Positions 1 to 8,523 of a DNA stretch of 32,000 nucleotides are shown here, one piece after another. The notes beneath the pieces are model-generated. The model did no database searches, was not told the origin of the DNA, and saw only the letters and a program-made list of their open reading frames with translations. A program made the translations under genes and the position numbers. Source of the stretch: Methylomarinovum caldicuralii (GTDB lineage Bacteria > Pseudomonadota > Gammaproteobacteria > Methylococcales > Methylothermaceae); the NCBI RefSeq assembly GCF_033126985.1, contig NZ_AP024714.1:1472990-1504989 (forward strand). The letters are read 5' to 3'. Each line of letters starts with the position of its first letter. Positions within the stretch are counted from its first letter, which is position 1.

Positions 1-1191
1 GCGGCGCTGCGGCAGGTGGAACAGGCCCTGGAGGAGGCCGACCTGATTCTTTTCCTGGTCGATGCCCGCGAGGGGCTGACCGCCGCCGACGAGGACATCG
101 CTGCGCGATTGCGCCGCCTGGACAAGCCGGTACTGTTGGTCATCAACAAGATCGACGGCGAGGATCCGGCCCTGGCGGCGGCGGAGTTTTCCGTGCTGGG
201 ATTTGCGGAGCCGGTGATGATCGCCGCCGCCCATGGCCGCGGCACCGCCAAACTGCTGGCGCGTATCGAGGCGCTGCTGCCGCCGGCGCCGCAGAGCGCC
301 ACCGAAGCGGACAGGGACGACGCCATCCGGGTTGCGGTCATCGGCCGTCCCAACGTCGGCAAATCGACGCTGGTCAACCGCCTGCTGGGAGAGGAGCGGG
401 TGGTGGTGGCCGACCATCCCGGCACCACCCGCGACGCCATCGAAATCCCCTTCGAGCGCGACGGCCGCGCCTTCGTGCTGATCGACACCGCCGGCATCCG
501 CCGCCGGGCGCGGGTGGAGGAGGCGGTGGAGAAGTTCAGCGTCATCAAGGCGATCCAGGCGATGGAGCAGGCCGACGTGGTCGTGTTCCTGATCGACGCC
601 TCCGAGGGCATCACCGACCAGGACGCGCGCCTGCTCGGGATGGTGCTCGAAGCCGGCAAAGCCCTGATCATCGGCCTCAATAAATGGGACGGGCTTTCCC
701 GGGAGCAGAAGCAGAAGGTTCGCGGCCAGCTGGAAACCCGGCTGCAGTTCGTCGATTTCGCCGAAAAACTGCCGATCTCCGCCCTGCACGGTACCGGGGT
801 GGGGGACCTGTTCGATCGGATCGCGCCGCTTTACGAACAGGCCCAGGTTGAATTCGGCACCTCCGAACTGACCCGGATCCTGCAGGACGCGGTCATATCC
901 TATCCACCGCCGCTGGTGCGCGGGCGGCGCATCAAGCTCAAGTTCGCCCACCAGGGCGGCAAGAAGCCGCCGCTGATCGTCATCCACGGTAACCAGACCG
1001 AGCGGGTGCCGGCCAGCTACCGGCGTTATCTCAACCGCAGTTTCCGCGAGGCGCTGGGGATCAAAGGGACGCCGCTGCAACTGGAATTCCGTTCCAGCGC
1101 CAATCCTTTCGCCGGCCGCCGCAACAAGCTCACCCCCAGGCAGCTGCGCAAACGCCAGCGGCTCCTGCGTCACGCCAAGAAGGGGCGTTAG
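1..1191 (+). CDS. der: Ribosome-associated GTPase Der/EngA (5' end cut by the window edge)
   Basis: Frame is open from base 1; the track start at 16 is an internal GTG. Contains the end of GTPase domain 1 (NKIDG). Contains a complete GTPase domain 2 ([17 protein letters not shown]), then a KH-like C-terminal domain and a basic tail. Stop TAG at 1189-1191. Confidence 0.9.
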   Translation, partial: AALRQVEQALEEADLILFLVDAREGLTAADEDIAARLRRLDKPVLLVINKIDGEDPALAAAEFSVLGFAEPVMIAAAHGRGTAKLLARIEALLPPAPQSATEADRDDAIRVAVIGRPNVGKSTLVNRLLGEERVVVADHPGTTRDAIEIPFERDGRAFVLIDTAGIRRRARVEEAVEKFSVIKAIQAMEQADVVVFLIDASEGITDQDARLLGMVLEAGKALIIGLNKWDGLSREQKQKVRGQLETRLQFVDFAEKLPISALHGTGVGDLFDRIAPLYEQAQVEFGTSELTRILQDAVISYPPPLVRGRRIKLKFAHQGGKKPPLIVIHGNQTERVPASYRRYLNRSFREALGIKGTPLQLEFRSSANPFAGRRNKLTPRQLRKRQRLLRHAKKGR

Positions 1192-2786
1192 CGGCGATAG
1201 ATCCGAGCCAGCAAATCGTCCTCTCCGGCGGCTTCCGGGGTGGCGGAGGCTTGGCGCAATAGCGCGAGCTGCGTTTGTCCCTGTTGCCGCAGTGCCTCCA
1301 GCTCCGCTTCCAGATCCTGCAATTGGGATACGACCTCGGCCTCGATTTGCTCGAATCCCCGGTAAATGCCGGCACGAATGCCGCTTTCGGCCACCTTCTC
1401 CAGGGAAGGTTCGAGCAGGCGGTGGAGTAGAAAGGGAATCAGACAGGCCAGGCCAATGAGCAACAGGCTGTGGACGGCGAAATTGAGTCCCAGATATTCG
1501 CCTTCCCCGGTAAAGCCGCGGTAGTACCTTGCGACCACCTGCCAGGCGACCCAGCCTCCGGCGGCCAATGGCAGGAGGTAACGCAGCGCGGCGGTGAGCC
1601 ACAGCAGTCCCCGGCGCAGGCTGTGGCCGGGACGGGCCAGGGCGGCACGGACCGTGCGCTGGACCTGGTCGATCAGGATGCGGTCGAGACGTTTCCTGAC
1701 AGGCTCCAGACGCTGTTTCAGGGACGCGGCGGGCAGACCCCGTTCTCCGGCTTCCAGCACCAGCCGGTCCAGCGCGTCCTGCAGGTGCTTCTGACTCCAC
1801 AGATCCCAAAGCAGCGTCTCGCCGGAATTTCCCTGCCCGGATTTGAGCCGTTTCTGGCCCTTGCCGGCGATTTCCCGGGCCAGGGCCTTGGTGGGCCATT
1901 CCAGGGAAGGCGCCAGCGCGTCACAGGTCTGACGCCAAAGCCGTTGCCATTGTTTCACCAAGGGTGCGACGCTTTCGGGATCGAGTTTCCGCACCAGCCG
2001 CTCAATGCGGTCGGCCAGTTCCTGCATCCTTTGGCTGCGGTTGCGCTGTTGCAGGTGCTCGGCGCCGCCGTTTCTGGCCAGCCGGGTGAGGATTTCCTCC
2101 AGTTTGCCGAAGTCGTCCGGGCGGCGCCGGCTGAGGTCTTCACGGCTGTCGCAACGCAGCACCACAGGCGCCTTGAAGCCTGCCTGCCGCAACATCCGGG
2201 TGAAATCCTCGATCTGGGCCTCGTGTCCCTGGTCCCAGTGGTTCATGACGAACAGCCAGCCGTGTCGGTGACCGAAGCGTTGCAGCATCTGCCAGCCGGT
2301 ATCGTCCTTGTAGCGTTCCGGGCTGACCACGTAGATCAGGACGTCCACGTGGGGCAGGCACTGGAGCACCAGTTCACGGTTGCTTTCCTCGACGCTGTCG
2401 ATGTCGGGCATGTCGATCCAGACCACGTCGCGGCGGTTGGGATTCGCGTGGCGGGCCAGGCGCAGGTGCGCCAGGGGCAGCTGGTGTTCGAGGGCTTCAG
2501 TGGGCAGGGACCGGTGCAGATAGACCGTGACCTCCCGCGATGTCGGCCGCTCGATGCCGGTGCGGGCGACCGCTTCCCCCGCCAGGCGGTTGAGCAGGGT
2601 GCTTTTGCCCACGCCCGTGCCGCCGAAGAAGGCGACGATCAGCGGGGGATGCTCCACCTCGAACAAGGGGCCGCCGTCATCGCGGGCGGCGGAAAGATAC
2701 CGCTCCGCTTCTTCAGGGGTGATGAAGCCTGCGGCGGCAAGATGCTGGAACCACTGGGAGAGACGCTCAAAAGAGACGGAGTCCAT
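1188..2786 (-). CDS. Membrane-anchored P-loop GTPase of unknown function, paralogue of the upstream gene (dynamin-like architecture)
   Basis: 532 aa. G1 GGTGVGKST (nt 2598-2624), G3-like DMPD in WIDMPDIDS (nt 2403-2414), G4-like NHWD. Long helical region. Two hydrophobic helices near the C-terminus ([25 protein letters not shown] and [19 protein letters not shown]), then a coiled-coil-like tail. ATG 2786 is preceded by AGGAA and overlaps the upstream gene by 20 nt. I cannot assign a characterised family from memory. Confidence 0.6.
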   Translation of the reverse strand: MDSVSFERLSQWFQHLAAAGFITPEEAERYLSAARDDGGPLFEVEHPPLIVAFFGGTGVGKSTLLNRLAGEAVARTGIERPTSREVTVYLHRSLPTEALEHQLPLAHLRLARHANPNRRDVVWIDMPDIDSVEESNRELVLQCLPHVDVLIYVVSPERYKDDTGWQMLQRFGHRHGWLFVMNHWDQGHEAQIEDFTRMLRQAGFKAPVVLRCDSREDLSRRRPDDFGKLEEILTRLARNGGAEHLQQRNRSQRMQELADRIERLVRKLDPESVAPLVKQWQRLWRQTCDALAPSLEWPTKALAREIAGKGQKRLKSGQGNSGETLLWDLWSQKHLQDALDRLVLEAGERGLPAASLKQRLEPVRKRLDRILIDQVQRTVRAALARPGHSLRRGLLWLTAALRYLLPLAAGGWVAWQVVARYYRGFTGEGEYLGLNFAVHSLLLIGLACLIPFLLHRLLEPSLEKVAESGIRAGIYRGFEQIEAEVVSQLQDLEAELEALRQQGQTQLALLRQASATPEAAGEDDLLARIYRR

Positions 2787-4494
2787 AACGGCGTTCCTGC
2801 AGCTGTTGATCGACGGCGGTCAGGGTCTCGGCATCGAAGCCGAAGCGGTAGGCAGGGTCGATGGCCCCGGGCAGTTGGCGCAGGCGCTGGCCGAGCCGCG
2901 CTGCAAGCATGTTTTGGACCGCCTCCAGTTGTTGTTGTTTGAGGCGGGCGGCGACCCGCTCCATGTATTTTCCCAGGGCGGTTTCCGACAGCCACGAGGT
3001 CAGCGACAGGACCGCCGGGGCCAGGAAAAAATCGTGCGGTCCGATGCCGCCGGTCTGGAGCAGCAGGGCCAGTCCGGCAGCATCGGCGCTGAGCCGGGTG
3101 GCGCGCAATGCATTGAGGGTGACCGGCATTTCCTTGAGTTTTTCGTAGAGTTCCCGGGCGGCCGCTTCCACCTGGGGCTGAAATTCCCGGTAATAACGGC
3201 CGGCATCCTGTTGGAAGGCATCGAGCGTATCCGCCATGGTTTCCTGATAGTGCCGGGACAGGGACTGCCACCACGGCTGGGCCAGTTCGGAGGGCGGGGG
3301 TTCGGCCAACACCTGTTGCAACCGGCGCAGGGCGTGCTCGACGCTGTGGATCAGCACCCGCAGTTCCTCAGGGATGGCCTGGTCGTGTTTGCCCTTTCCC
3401 AGCAACTTGCGCAGCGGCCAGGTCAAGGTCCGCCGCATCCACAGCATCGGCTTGCCGATGCCGGGAAGTTCCAGCAGGATCAGCAGTTCCGCCAGCGCCC
3501 GCTGGAAGGTTTCGTAGGCGATCGGATGGTCGAGGAAGTCGTGGCGGTAGATTTCGATGGCCTGGACCAGCGCTGCCTCGACCTGCCTGCGCCAGGCTTT
3601 ATCTGCGGCGATTTCCGCCTCCAGCGGCTGCCGCCAGGCGGGCCAGTAGCGGCGGGCCAGTTCGAGGATCCGCCTGTCGCGCTGGCGGCGCTGGCGTTGG
3701 GCGAGCGGCAGGCGCTCGAGCAAAGCGGCCCGCACCTGGGCCCCGGCCTGGCGGCGTCCTTCCTCATCCTGCCAGTAGGGCAGTGGGATCACCGGTGGCG
3801 GTGGGTCTGCGCGGTGGCCGCGCCATTTCTCGTTCCAGGATCGCAGCAGGGTGTCGCGCCCCTTCGGAGTGACCTTGTTGAGGCAGACCAGGACCGGCTG
3901 CCCGAGGGGTTCGAGCAGGGTGAGCATGTCCCACACCGCCCGGTCGGCGTACTTGTCCTTGCTCACCACCACGAGCAGGAGATCGGCCAGTGCGGCGGTG
4001 CGCAGAACCCCATGCAGATAATGGCGGGCCCGCAGGGAATCGAAGTCCGGCGTGTCCCACAGGGTCAGGGCGGGAAGTTCCGGGTGGCCTGAGACCGGTT
4101 CGACGGCAAAGTGCGTGTAGCGGTCCGCAGGCAATTGTTCCCGCGGCAGGCGCCGGTAACCTTCGAAGTAGGCATCCAGCCAGTCGGCAGGTTCCGCCCG
4201 GTGGGCGAATCCCTGGGGGTGCACGGTGTAGCCGGCCAGGGGGCTGACGCCGGCCGCCTCGGTGTCGAGGATCAGGTTGACGATGCTGCTCTTGCCCGCC
4301 TGGGTCGGGCCAACGACGGCGACCTGCAGGGTGTGGTCGGGCGGCAGTTCGGTCTTGGCCAGGGCGGCCCGGGTCAGCTCCAGGGACGGTTCCAGCTCTG
4401 TCAGGTGCCTTGCCAGCGGGGATTCGGCAGGCAGGTGCGCCTGCAGGGCGCGGCTTTGCTGCCGGTACCGGTCGAGAAAGGCTTTCAGTTCCAA
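2767..4494 (-). CDS. P-loop GTPase of unknown function, paralogue of the downstream gene (dynamin-like architecture, no clear TM helix)
   Basis: 575 aa. G1 GPTQAGKSS (nt 4288-4311), G3-like DTPD in LWDTPDFDS (nt 4045-4056), G4-like NKVT. Shares with the next gene the block W-x-D-x-P-D-x-DS ... VVS-x(3)-Y-x-D-x(2)-W-x-ML. Long helical C-terminal two thirds with one hydrophobic or amphipathic stretch (GLALLLQTGGIGPHDFFLAPAVLSLTSWL). The only in-frame start before the P-loop is TTG at 4494, 2 nt after the upstream stop, with no obvious SD, so the start is uncertain. Confidence 0.55.
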   Translation of the reverse strand: MELKAFLDRYRQQSRALQAHLPAESPLARHLTELEPSLELTRAALAKTELPPDHTLQVAVVGPTQAGKSSIVNLILDTEAAGVSPLAGYTVHPQGFAHRAEPADWLDAYFEGYRRLPREQLPADRYTHFAVEPVSGHPELPALTLWDTPDFDSLRARHYLHGVLRTAALADLLLVVVSKDKYADRAVWDMLTLLEPLGQPVLVCLNKVTPKGRDTLLRSWNEKWRGHRADPPPPVIPLPYWQDEEGRRQAGAQVRAALLERLPLAQRQRRQRDRRILELARRYWPAWRQPLEAEIAADKAWRRQVEAALVQAIEIYRHDFLDHPIAYETFQRALAELLILLELPGIGKPMLWMRRTLTWPLRKLLGKGKHDQAIPEELRVLIHSVEHALRRLQQVLAEPPPSELAQPWWQSLSRHYQETMADTLDAFQQDAGRYYREFQPQVEAAARELYEKLKEMPVTLNALRATRLSADAAGLALLLQTGGIGPHDFFLAPAVLSLTSWLSETALGKYMERVAARLKQQQLEAVQNMLAARLGQRLRQLPGAIDPAYRFGFDAETLTAVDQQLQERRYGLRLF

Positions 4495-4496
4495 AA

Positions 4497-5183
4497 TTAC
4501 GGTTTCGGTAGTTCTTTGGGTTCTTCCAGGGTGCGGATGAAGCGGTCCGCCTGCTGGATGGACTGTTCCATGACCTGGATCATCGCCGCGATGTCGACGC
4601 TGACGTGGTTCAGTTCATGCTGCAGGGCGGCGATGGCCCGGGCGTTGAGGTTGTGCTTGAGAAACAGAACCTGGTCTCGGAAGGCGTTGAGGACCGGGTC
4701 GATGCGGCTTTCCGCCTTGCGCATGGCGCCGATGAGCTGTTTGTAGTGGCGCTGGGTCAGCCTCAGCTTCTGACGGCTCTTGCTGCGCAGGCTGCGGTTG
4801 GTGTAAAGCGCCAGCTCGTCCTCCCATTCGGAGAACAGGGATTCGGCCAGGGATTCAATGGTGTCGATGTGGTTTCTGACTTCCTCGGCCTTCTGTTCGC
4901 TGTGGTCGAATTCCCGCTTGAGGGCGCGGTAGTAGCTGGCGAGGCTGCCGCCGTCGTAGGCGATCAGGGCGCTGAAGCGTTCCAGGGTGGTCTGGAGCTG
5001 TTCCTTGGTTTCCTCCAGGCCAGTGCGGGCATCCTCCACCCGGGCGACGAGGAAATCGCGCTTGTGGGAGCCGGTGGTCGATTCCGCCATCCGGTAATAG
5101 GCCTGGCGGATCCGCCCCAGCACGAACCGCCCCAGGCGTTGGGACAGGGTGCGGCGGCGCTCCGCACGGACAGGGAGTTTCAT
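4497..5183 (-). CDS. DUF2959-family all-helical protein
   Basis: 228 aa. The blocks AYYRMAES..HKRDFLVARVEDAR, LFSEWEDELALYTNRSLRSKSRQKL, MRKAESRIDPVLNAFRDQVLFLKHNLNA match my recollection of the gammaproteobacterial DUF2959 family. The N-terminus is basic, with no hydrophobic signal or lipobox. The stop TAA (4497-4499) is 2 nt from the next gene start. Confidence 0.6.
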   Translation of the reverse strand: MKLPVRAERRRTLSQRLGRFVLGRIRQAYYRMAESTTGSHKRDFLVARVEDARTGLEETKEQLQTTLERFSALIAYDGGSLASYYRALKREFDHSEQKAEEVRNHIDTIESLAESLFSEWEDELALYTNRSLRSKSRQKLRLTQRHYKQLIGAMRKAESRIDPVLNAFRDQVLFLKHNLNARAIAALQHELNHVSVDIAAMIQVMEQSIQQADRFIRTLEEPKELPKP

Positions 5184-5245
5184 GGGCTGATGGACAAGCG
5201 ATTACAATGACGTTTCAACATTCTAACATTGGTCCCAGCCGCGCC

Positions 5246-6967
5246 ATGGCCCTCAGTAACAGCGAAATCGCCGATCTTTTCGACGAACTGGCCGACCTCC
5301 TCGACATCGAGGGGGAAAACCCCTACAAGGTCCGCGCCTACCGCAACGCCGCCCGGAGCATCCGCAGCCTGCCCCGCAGCCTGGCGGAGATGGTCGCAGC
5401 TGGGGAGGATCTGACCCGGCTGCCCGGTATCGGCGAGCGCATCGCCCGGAAGATCGAAACCGTCGTCAAAACCGGCAAGCTGCCCCAGCTGGAACAGGCG
5501 CTGGCGCGCACGCCGCCGACCCTGCTGCAGCTGCTGAGGATCGAGGGTCTGGGGCCGAAACGGGTCAAAGCCCTGTTCAGCGCCCTGAACATCCGCACCC
5601 TGGAGGACCTGGAGCGGGCCGCCCGCAGCGGCAGGATCCGCCGGTTGCCAGGATTTGGACCCAAAATCGAGGCATTAATTCTCAAACATCTGGATCAGGC
5701 CCTGGAAGGGGAGCGGCGCTATCTGCGCTTCGAGGCCGAGGACATCGCCACCGCCCTGATCGCCCACCTGCGCCAGGCGCCGGGGGTCGACCGCATCGAG
5801 GTGGCCGGCAGCTACCGGCGCTGGAAGGAAACCGTGGGCGATCTCGACATCCTGGTGACGGTTCAGGGGGATTCTCCGGTCATGGACCGGTTCGTCACCT
5901 ACGAGGGGGTGGCGGAGGTGCTGTCCCACGGCGGTACCCGTTCCAGCATCCGCCTGCGCAACGGCATGCAGGTGGATCTCAGAGTGGTGGCGAGCGAGAG
6001 TTTCGGGGCGGCGCTGCAGTATTTCACTGGCTCCAAGGCCCACAACATCGAGATCCGCACCCTGGCAGTCAAGCAGGGGCTCAAGATCAACGAATACGGG
6101 GTGTTCCGCGGCGAGAAGCGGCTCGCCGGCGAGGCCGAGCGCGACGTCTACGCCTGCCTGGGACTGGCCTACATCGTACCCGAGCTGCGCGAAGGCCGCG
6201 GCGAGGTGGAAGCCGCTTTGGAGAACCGCCTCCCCAAACTGGTGGAACTGGCCGACATCCGCGGCGACCTGCACGCCCACACCAAGGACACCGACGGCCG
6301 CGACGACCTGGAGACCATGGCTCAGGCGGCCAAAGCGCTCGGCTACGAATACCTGGCGATCACCGACCATTCGCGCCGGGTCACGGTGGCCAGGGGCCTG
6401 GACGAAAAGCACCTGCGGGCCCAGATGGAGGCGATCGACGCCCTCAACGAACGTCTGGAAGGCATCACTCTGCTCAAGGGCATCGAAGTGGACATCCTCG
6501 AGGACGGCACTCTGGATCTGCCCGATTCGGTGCTGAAGGATCTGGATCTTCGGGTCTGCTCGGTCCATTACCAGTTCAATCTGTCCAAACCCAAACAGAC
6601 CGAGCGCATCCTGCGGGCGATGGACAACCCCTATTTCAACATCCTGGCCCATCCCACCGGGCGTCTCATCAACAAACGCCGTCCCTACGCCATCGACCTG
6701 CCGCGGATCATGGCCGCCGCCAAAGAGCGCGGCTGCCTGCTGGAGATCAACGCCCAACCGGAACGCCTCGATCTCAACGACGAGCATTGCCTGATGGCGC
6801 GGGATCTTGGGGTCGGGCTGGTGATTTCCACCGACGCCCACACCGCCGCCGGCCTGCAGCTGATGCGTTACGGCGTGGCCCAGGCGCGGCGCGGCTGGCT
6901 GGAAAAGACACAGATCGTCAACACCCTGCCGCTGGCGCAGCTGAAACAGGTTCTGACGCGCCCATGA
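5246..6967 (+). CDS. polX: DNA polymerase X family protein with C-terminal PHP (3'-5' exonuclease/phosphoesterase) domain
   Basis: N-terminal HhH region (EIADLFDELADLLDIEGENPYKVRAYRNAARSI). Nucleotidyltransferase core GSYRR..ETVGDLDILV plus VDLR, so the Asp triad is present. PHP motifs GDLHAHT and TDH. The start was chosen at MALSNSEIA by comparison with other bacterial PolX N-termini. The track start ATG 5207 is part of a TACAAT -10-like hexamer and remains an alternative. Confidence 0.85.
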   Translation: MALSNSEIADLFDELADLLDIEGENPYKVRAYRNAARSIRSLPRSLAEMVAAGEDLTRLPGIGERIARKIETVVKTGKLPQLEQALARTPPTLLQLLRIEGLGPKRVKALFSALNIRTLEDLERAARSGRIRRLPGFGPKIEALILKHLDQALEGERRYLRFEAEDIATALIAHLRQAPGVDRIEVAGSYRRWKETVGDLDILVTVQGDSPVMDRFVTYEGVAEVLSHGGTRSSIRLRNGMQVDLRVVASESFGAALQYFTGSKAHNIEIRTLAVKQGLKINEYGVFRGEKRLAGEAERDVYACLGLAYIVPELREGRGEVEAALENRLPKLVELADIRGDLHAHTKDTDGRDDLETMAQAAKALGYEYLAITDHSRRVTVARGLDEKHLRAQMEAIDALNERLEGITLLKGIEVDILEDGTLDLPDSVLKDLDLRVCSVHYQFNLSKPKQTERILRAMDNPYFNILAHPTGRLINKRRPYAIDLPRIMAAAKERGCLLEINAQPERLDLNDEHCLMARDLGVGLVISTDAHTAAGLQLMRYGVAQARRGWLEKTQIVNTLPLAQLKQVLTRP

Positions 6968-6992
6968 AAAAGGGAAGGCCGAAGCCTCCCCC
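6967..6992 (-). terminator. Rho-independent terminator for degP (minus strand)
   Basis: Read on the minus strand: GGGAGGC-TTCG-GCCTTCCC followed by TTTTT. This is a 7-bp stem with one bulge and a UUCG loop, about 25-45 nt downstream of the degP stop. It abuts the polX stop codon. Confidence 0.5.
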
Positions 6993-7013
6993 GAATCTTC
7001 CCCGGAAGGGAAA

Positions 7014-8417
7014 TCAGCGTTCCAGCACCAGGAACAGGGAGAAGTTGCCGCGCCGGATCCGGAGCAGCAGGCGATCGGGTGACTGGCGGGCAACCTGGAG
7101 GAACTCGGCCACCGATTTGACCCGCTTGCGGTTGACCGACAGGATGATGTCTCCCTTGCGCAGACCTGCCTGCCAGGCCGGGCTGCCCATTTCCACCCCG
7201 GCGACCAGTACCCCCTGGACTTCGTCGTAAAGGGGGTGATCGGGTGGAATGTCCGACAGGTAGGCCCCTTCCAGCATCGGGATGTCGGTCACCGGTCCGC
7301 CCTCGGCGATGGGTTTGCCGATGGTGACGGTCACCGTCATGCGTTTGCCGTCGCGGATCAGTTCGACTTCGGCTTTGTCACCGACCCGCTTCAGCCCCAC
7401 CAGGTTGCGCAGCTGGGCGGAGTTTTTCACCCGCTTGCCGTCGAAGCCGATGATGACGTCGCCGGGCTTGAGGCCGGCCTTTTCCGCGGCGCTGCCTTTG
7501 GTGATGCCGGAAATCAGCGCGCCTTCCTTGACATCGATCCCCATGGCTTCGGCCAGTTCCGGGGTCAGGTCCTGGACCTGGACGCCGAGCATGCCGCGCT
7601 TGACCTCGCCATACTTGATGATCTGCTGCATGACCTGATGGGCCATGTTGATGGGAATGGCGAAACCGATGCCGACGTTGCCGCCGGAGGGGGCGACGAT
7701 GGCGGTGTTGATGCCCACCAGTCTCCCGCGCAGATCCACCAGGGCGCCGCCGGAGTTGCCGGGGTTGATGGAAGCGTCGGTCTGGATGAAGTTCTCGTAG
7801 CCCTCGATGCCCAGACCGGTGCGTCCCAGGGCGCTGACGATCCCTGAGGTGACCGTCTGGCCCAGGCCGAAGGGATTGCCGATGGCGACCACGAAGTCAC
7901 CCACCCGCAAGGTATCCGAATCGCCCAGGGGGAGCGCCTGCAAATGGTCGGGCTTGACCTTGAGCACAGCGATGTCGGTTTCCGGGTCCGAGCCCACCAG
8001 TTTGGCCTTGATGCGGCGCCGGTCCTTGAGGATGACGTAGATCGTGTCGGCGTTCTTGACCACGTGATGGTTGGTGATCACGTAACCCTTGCCGGCATCG
8101 ACGATCACGCCGGAGCCGACACTCTGGGTCTTGCGTTCCATCTGCGGCGGCATGCCGCGGAAGAAGTAACGGAAGAAAGGATCCTGCAGCAGCGGATTTT
8201 CCACCACCACCTTGCCGGAGGCGGCGATGTTGACCACCGCCGGCAGGACGTGTTCCAGCATCGGCGCCAGGGAGGGAAGATTGTCCCGTTGCAGCCCGGC
8301 GGGGGCCTGGGCTTCCGCCTCGGTTTTGCCGCCCTTGAGCCAGGGGATGATGCCCCCCTGGGCGGACAGGGAAAAGAAGACGCCGAAGAGCAGCGTCGCG
8401 AGCAATCGATTCATCAT
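7014..8417 (-). CDS. degP: Periplasmic Do/DegP/DegQ-family serine endoprotease (HtrA)
   Basis: Signal peptide MMNRLLATLLFGVFFSLSAQG. Catalytic His (TNHHV), Asp and Ser (GNSGGAL). Two PDZ domains. Start set at ATG 8417, preceded by AAGGAA. The track start at 8555 adds a non-homologous, signal-less 46-aa extension. Confidence 0.9.
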   Translation of the reverse strand: MMNRLLATLLFGVFFSLSAQGGIIPWLKGGKTEAEAQAPAGLQRDNLPSLAPMLEHVLPAVVNIAASGKVVVENPLLQDPFFRYFFRGMPPQMERKTQSVGSGVIVDAGKGYVITNHHVVKNADTIYVILKDRRRIKAKLVGSDPETDIAVLKVKPDHLQALPLGDSDTLRVGDFVVAIGNPFGLGQTVTSGIVSALGRTGLGIEGYENFIQTDASINPGNSGGALVDLRGRLVGINTAIVAPSGGNVGIGFAIPINMAHQVMQQIIKYGEVKRGMLGVQVQDLTPELAEAMGIDVKEGALISGITKGSAAEKAGLKPGDVIIGFDGKRVKNSAQLRNLVGLKRVGDKAEVELIRDGKRMTVTVTIGKPIAEGGPVTDIPMLEGAYLSDIPPDHPLYDEVQGVLVAGVEMGSPAWQAGLRKGDIILSVNRKRVKSVAEFLQVARQSPDRLLLRIRRGNFSLFLVLER

Positions 8418-8485
8418 GGAGTGTTCCTTGTCAGGTTGTTGATGGGAAACGACCTGCCATTGCGGCAGGGGGATCGGCGCTATTC

Positions 8486-8494
8486 TGCTACAAT
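8486..8494 (+). promoter_or_regulatory. Candidate extended -10 promoter element TGCTACAAT upstream of yadG
   Basis: TGnTAcAAT lies 30 nt upstream of the yadG ATG. The same 11-mer TCTGCTACAAT recurs upstream of cvpA. No good -35 is seen, which is compatible with an extended -10 promoter. Confidence 0.35.
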
Positions 8495-8523
8495 AGCCGC
8501 CCCTCCGCCACCGTTCCGAAGCG

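Noticed and set aside
1470-4092. Long plus-strand ORFs (1470-2942, 490 aa; 2527-4092, 521 aa) opposite the GTPase genes. The same kind of ORF occurs throughout the track: 5675-7093(-), 8488-9429(-), 9579-10583(-), 12026-13486(-), 13833-15320(+), 15669-16361(+), 16806-17963(+), 18134-19429(+). Further examples are 18904-20493(+), 20307-21554(+), 23339-24418(+), 25139-26398(+), 26621-27793(+), 27850-29448(-), 30209-31351(-) and 30583-31701(+).
   Set aside because: These are shadow ORFs typical of high-GC DNA. Each lies antisense to, or out of frame with, a gene that has clear family motifs. Their translations are Arg/Gly/Pro/Ala/His-rich low-complexity sequence with no recognisable domains, no SD sequences and no sensible boundaries.
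8418-8523. A sigma-E type promoter upstream of degP (GGAAC at the distal end of the intergenic region on the minus strand).
   Set aside because: A GGAAC -35-like element is present, but no TCnnA-type -10 lies at the required spacing of about 16 nt, so the call cannot be supported.
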